A stretch of DNA of 21,244 nucleotides from Gemmatimonadaceae bacterium (GTDB taxonomy: Bacteria > Gemmatimonadota > Gemmatimonadetes > Gemmatimonadales > Gemmatimonadaceae): the NCBI GenBank assembly GCA_044224875.1, contig JBGAJQ010000081.1:1-21244 (forward strand), given 5' to 3'. Below the pieces are notes generated by a model. It worked only from the letters and a program-made list of their open reading frames with translations. It was not told the origin of the DNA and ran no database searches. This document shows, one piece after another, positions 18,525 through 21,244 of the stretch (position 1 is its first letter; every line of letters starts with the position of its first letter). A program made the translations under genes and the position numbers.

Positions 18525-18946
18525 CTGCACCTCGTCCAGCCCAATGGCACGGGGCGGTCGAGGTTGCGACGTTCGCCGTGCAGAAAAAGGCGCCAGCTGC
18601 TCCTACTCGTACCCGAGGGTCGGCACTCCAACCTCGGCCAACGAGTCGGCAATGCGAATCGTTGGTGCATAGATCGCATTGATGGGCGCTCGCAGGTACA
18701 TGCGCTCGAGCCGGCGATGATGTTCTTCGGGTGGATGCACTGGGTTCTGAGCGAATGGGTCCCGTCAAACTAAGGCGCTTTCTTCTTCGTGGCACGACGC
18801 AACCGGGAAACCGATGTGGTGCTCGATCTTCTGAGGCGTTTCCCCGGTCGCCTGCCGCACCCTCGCGCCACGGCCCGGACCTATTGGGCCGCGAGACCAC
18901 GCCGATACTCATCAAGGAGAAGCCTTCACACGCACCCCACTAACAT

Positions 18947-19567
18947 ATGCTGCTCGCGCCGCCACAAGTCGCAAAGCTCGAGGCGTTTCTCGAAAAGATC
19001 AAAGGTGAGACGTATCCCGAGTACCCATCGGGGTTGCACGAAGAGATCACTGCCTTGGTGATGGAACGTACCTTCGGCCAGATGAAGCTTCCCGCATCCG
19101 CAGCGGTGCTCGACGTTGGCTGTGGCCAAGGCGTCGCCCTGAAGCACTTTGTGGCCAAGGGCCTGAATGCCACTGGCATCACCCTGAACTCCACCGATGT
19201 CGCCGAGTGTGTCCGGCAAGGCTACAACGTGCTGGAGATGGACCAGTCATTCCTCGATTTCGATGACGAGAGTTTCGACCTGGTGTGGTGCCGGCACTGT
19301 CTGGAGCACAGCATCTTCCCGTACCTCACCCTGAGTGAGTTCAACCGTGTGCTGAGGCCTAACGGCTACCTGTACGTCGAAGTACCGGCGCCAGACACCG
19401 CGTGCCAGCACCAGACGAATCGCAATCACTACAGTGTGTTTGGCAAGTCGATGTTGGGGAGCCTGATTGAGCGCTCCGGATTCAAAGTGATCGACGTGGC
19501 GGACATCAATTTTTCGGTGCCTGCCGGACCGGACACGTACTGGGCGTTCTTGCAGCAAAAGGTCTGA
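18947..19567 (+). CDS. Class I SAM-dependent methyltransferase
   Basis: Motif I VLDVGCGQG, FDDESFDLVWCRHCLEH and EFNRVLRPNGYLYVEVP. Confidence 0.9.
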   Translation: MLLAPPQVAKLEAFLEKIKGETYPEYPSGLHEEITALVMERTFGQMKLPASAAVLDVGCGQGVALKHFVAKGLNATGITLNSTDVAECVRQGYNVLEMDQSFLDFDDESFDLVWCRHCLEHSIFPYLTLSEFNRVLRPNGYLYVEVPAPDTACQHQTNRNHYSVFGKSMLGSLIERSGFKVIDVADINFSVPAGPDTYWAFLQQKV

Positions 19568-19701
19568 GCTGCAACGACGGGGAGCCTGATTGAGCGCTCC
19601 GGATTCAAAGTGATCTACGTGGCGGACATCAATTTTTCGGTGCCTGCCGGACCGGACACGAACTGGGCGTTCTTGCAGCAGAAGGTCTGAGCTGCAACGA
19701 C
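19456..19701 (+). repeat. Direct tandem duplication, 2 x 123 bp, covering the methyltransferase 3' end
   Basis: 19456-19578 and 19579-19701 are identical except G19493/T19616, T19538/A19661 and A19558/G19681. Confidence 0.97.
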
Positions 19702-19732
19702 GCCCTCGGACCACCTTGGTCCGAGGGCGTCG
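19698..19732. terminator. GC-rich hairpin between convergent genes, probable bidirectional terminator
   Basis: Perfect 16 bp stem CGACGCCCTCGGACCA-cct-TGGTCCGAGGGCGTCG between the methyltransferase and Kelch gene 3' ends; no strong poly-U tail. Confidence 0.7.
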
Positions 19733-19757
19733 CGCATTTGGGCAGTGGCTGGTCGAT

Positions 19758-21244
19758 CTACGGCACGTACGTGCGTGTGGTACCCGTTGATGTACCATTC
19801 TGACGGAACCCGCCGACCGTTACGAGCTGCCCGTTCGCGGTCGCGCTGGCCGTGAATGCGAGTGCTTCTGGCGCCGTCGTTCGAGAGGACCACGTCTTCG
19901 CGACGCCGTCAAAGAGGCTCAAGGCGCCGGTATACGTGCCACTGTTGCTGCCGAATGCCACATAAATGTTGGTGCCTATTGCGCCGCCAGATGCACCGAT
20001 GAGCGGCGACGGCGCCTGCGGCCCATTCAGCCAGGCGCTCGTGGTATTGTTGAACGCGTTCAAGTCGCGGCGCACTAACCCAGAACCGCCGCCCCCAACG
20101 ACCACGAAGAACTGGCCGACGCCCGCTGTCACACTCTGAGAGTGCGTGCCAGGTGTGTTGGCCTTGGTCGACCAGGTGTTGGCGGCCGGGTCGTATCGAT
20201 ACACCTTCTTCCCGTCGAACGTCGTGCCATCGGTTCCAACGGCTACGAAGATCCCGCCCTGCACCACGGATGCGGACGCGTATCCGATCGGCGTGGGTGC
20301 CGGTGCCTTGGTTGCCCAGGTATTCGTGGCTGGGGTGTACTCGAACACCGTGTTCGTGGCGCTGGTCAGCGTGTCGCCGCTGAACCCGCCGATCACGTAG
20401 ACCTTGCCGCCTGACGCCGCTGCCGCGGCACCCCAGCGAGCGCTTGGGAGAGGCGCCTTGGCCGTCCACACACCGGTGGTTGGCGCGAACTGCTCGTTGG
20501 TGGTCACTGGTGTTGTGCCTGCCGGTTGGCGACCGCCGATGGCATACACGAGGTTGCTGACGGTGGCAGCCGACAGGTATCCTCGCGCTGTCGGCATCGC
20601 CGGCGACGTCACCCAGTAATCTCCGGGCGTGTACTTCTGTGTGGCCCCGGTCGTGGCGCCGGAGCCGCTGTTACCGCCGACCACGTACCACTCCCCGTTC
20701 AACACTGCTGAGGATGCCGATCCCACCGCGACCGGAATGACGCTCCGCGGCAACCACTGTCCGCCGAGTGCGTCCATGTACTCGGTCGAATTGAGGATCG
20801 CGGTATTGTTGTAGCCGCCGGTAGAAATAGGCAGGTTGTTCAGGACGCCGGACGTATGGGCAATGCGCACACCCGAGTGCGCCGGACCAGTCGTCCACGC
20901 GTTTGTTGCCGGGTCGTATACGTCCACTCCCGTTCCGGTCGTCCCGTTATCCCAGTACAGCTTGCCGTTCGCCACGACCACGGTGCCACCGGAGTGCGTG
21001 CCCGGTGCGCTCGGCAGCTGCAACCATCCGTTGGCGGCGGGATCGTAGCGGAGGAGCTTGCCGGCGACACCGCCGTTGTCGCAACCAATCGCCACGTAGA
21101 TGAACGACCCGATCAGCCCAGAGCCGCCGCACGCGCCTGGAATGGGCATGTTGGCCCCATTGGTCCAGGAGTTCGTCCCAACGTCGTACTTGAGCAGGCC
21201 GTCCTGGTATGCGGTCCCGTTCCAGCCGCCGGGAACGTAGATGA
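19758..21244 (-). CDS. Kelch-repeat beta-propeller protein, partial (5' end outside the window)
   Basis: Repeated hydrophobic-GG...YDP..N.W units (for example KVYVIGG...FEYTPATNTW). The frame stays open upstream of the track's Met at 21149 to the window edge (IYVPGGWNGTAYQDGLLKYDVGTNSW). Confidence 0.92.
   Translation of the reverse strand, partial: IYVPGGWNGTAYQDGLLKYDVGTNSWTNGANMPIPGACGGSGLIGSFIYVAIGCDNGGVAGKLLRYDPAANGWLQLPSAPGTHSGGTVVVANGKLYWDNGTTGTGVDVYDPATNAWTTGPAHSGVRIAHTSGVLNNLPISTGGYNNTAILNSTEYMDALGGQWLPRSVIPVAVGSASSAVLNGEWYVVGGNSGSGATTGATQKYTPGDYWVTSPAMPTARGYLSAATVSNLVYAIGGRQPAGTTPVTTNEQFAPTTGVWTAKAPLPSARWGAAAAASGGKVYVIGGFSGDTLTSATNTVFEYTPATNTWATKAPAPTPIGYASASVVQGGIFVAVGTDGTTFDGKKVYRYDPAANTWSTKANTPGTHSQSVTAGVGQFFVVVGGGGSGLVRRDLNAFNNTTSAWLNGPQAPSPLIGASGGAIGTNIYVAFGSNSGTYTGALSLFDGVAKTWSSRTTAPEALAFTASATANGQLVTVGGFRQNGTSTGTTRTYVP

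Noticed and set aside
18731..18943. Short ORF in frame with the methyltransferase, suggesting read-through or a truncated N-terminus
   Set aside because: The translation is not protein-like, and the methyltransferase looks complete from ATG 18947.
19456..19732. Diversity-generating retroelement VR/TR pair (repeat at a gene 3' end plus a hairpin, one AAC/TAC difference)
   Set aside because: The mismatches (G/T, T/A, A/G) are not all adenines in one copy on either strand. There is no reverse transcriptase in the window, and the target is a methyltransferase fold.
1..21244. CRISPR arrays, tRNA/rRNA genes, transposases and phage genes
   Set aside because: No regularly spaced repeats or recognisable motifs were seen by manual reading.

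Overview
GC-rich bacterial DNA (roughly 65% by eye) with Shine-Dalgarno-led genes. The style fits a non-Bacteroidota SusCD carrier such as Gemmatimonadota, which is an inference. Left part: a NIT4-like nitrilase and a ketopantoate reductase (panE-like) on +, converging on a GNAT and a MarR-GNAT fusion on -. The fusion gene has an apparent leaderless sigma70 promoter overlapped by a perfect inverted-repeat operator. An ~800 bp palindrome-rich intergenic region with LacI-type operator candidates precedes a ~14.4 kb tightly coupled polysaccharide utilization locus (4168-18524): susC, susD, a GH13_32-like amylase, a GH13_36-like amylase, GH2, GH53 and a GH147-like clan GH-A enzyme. A single starch-type SusCD pair therefore sits with both an alpha-glucan module and a beta-1,4-galactan module, which is the most interesting system here. 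Right part: a class I SAM methyltransferase whose 3' end lies in a 123 bp tandem duplication (3 substitutions) next to a 16 bp hairpin, and a window-truncated tandem Kelch-propeller gene on -. All family calls rest on motif recognition from memory; no database searches were run.
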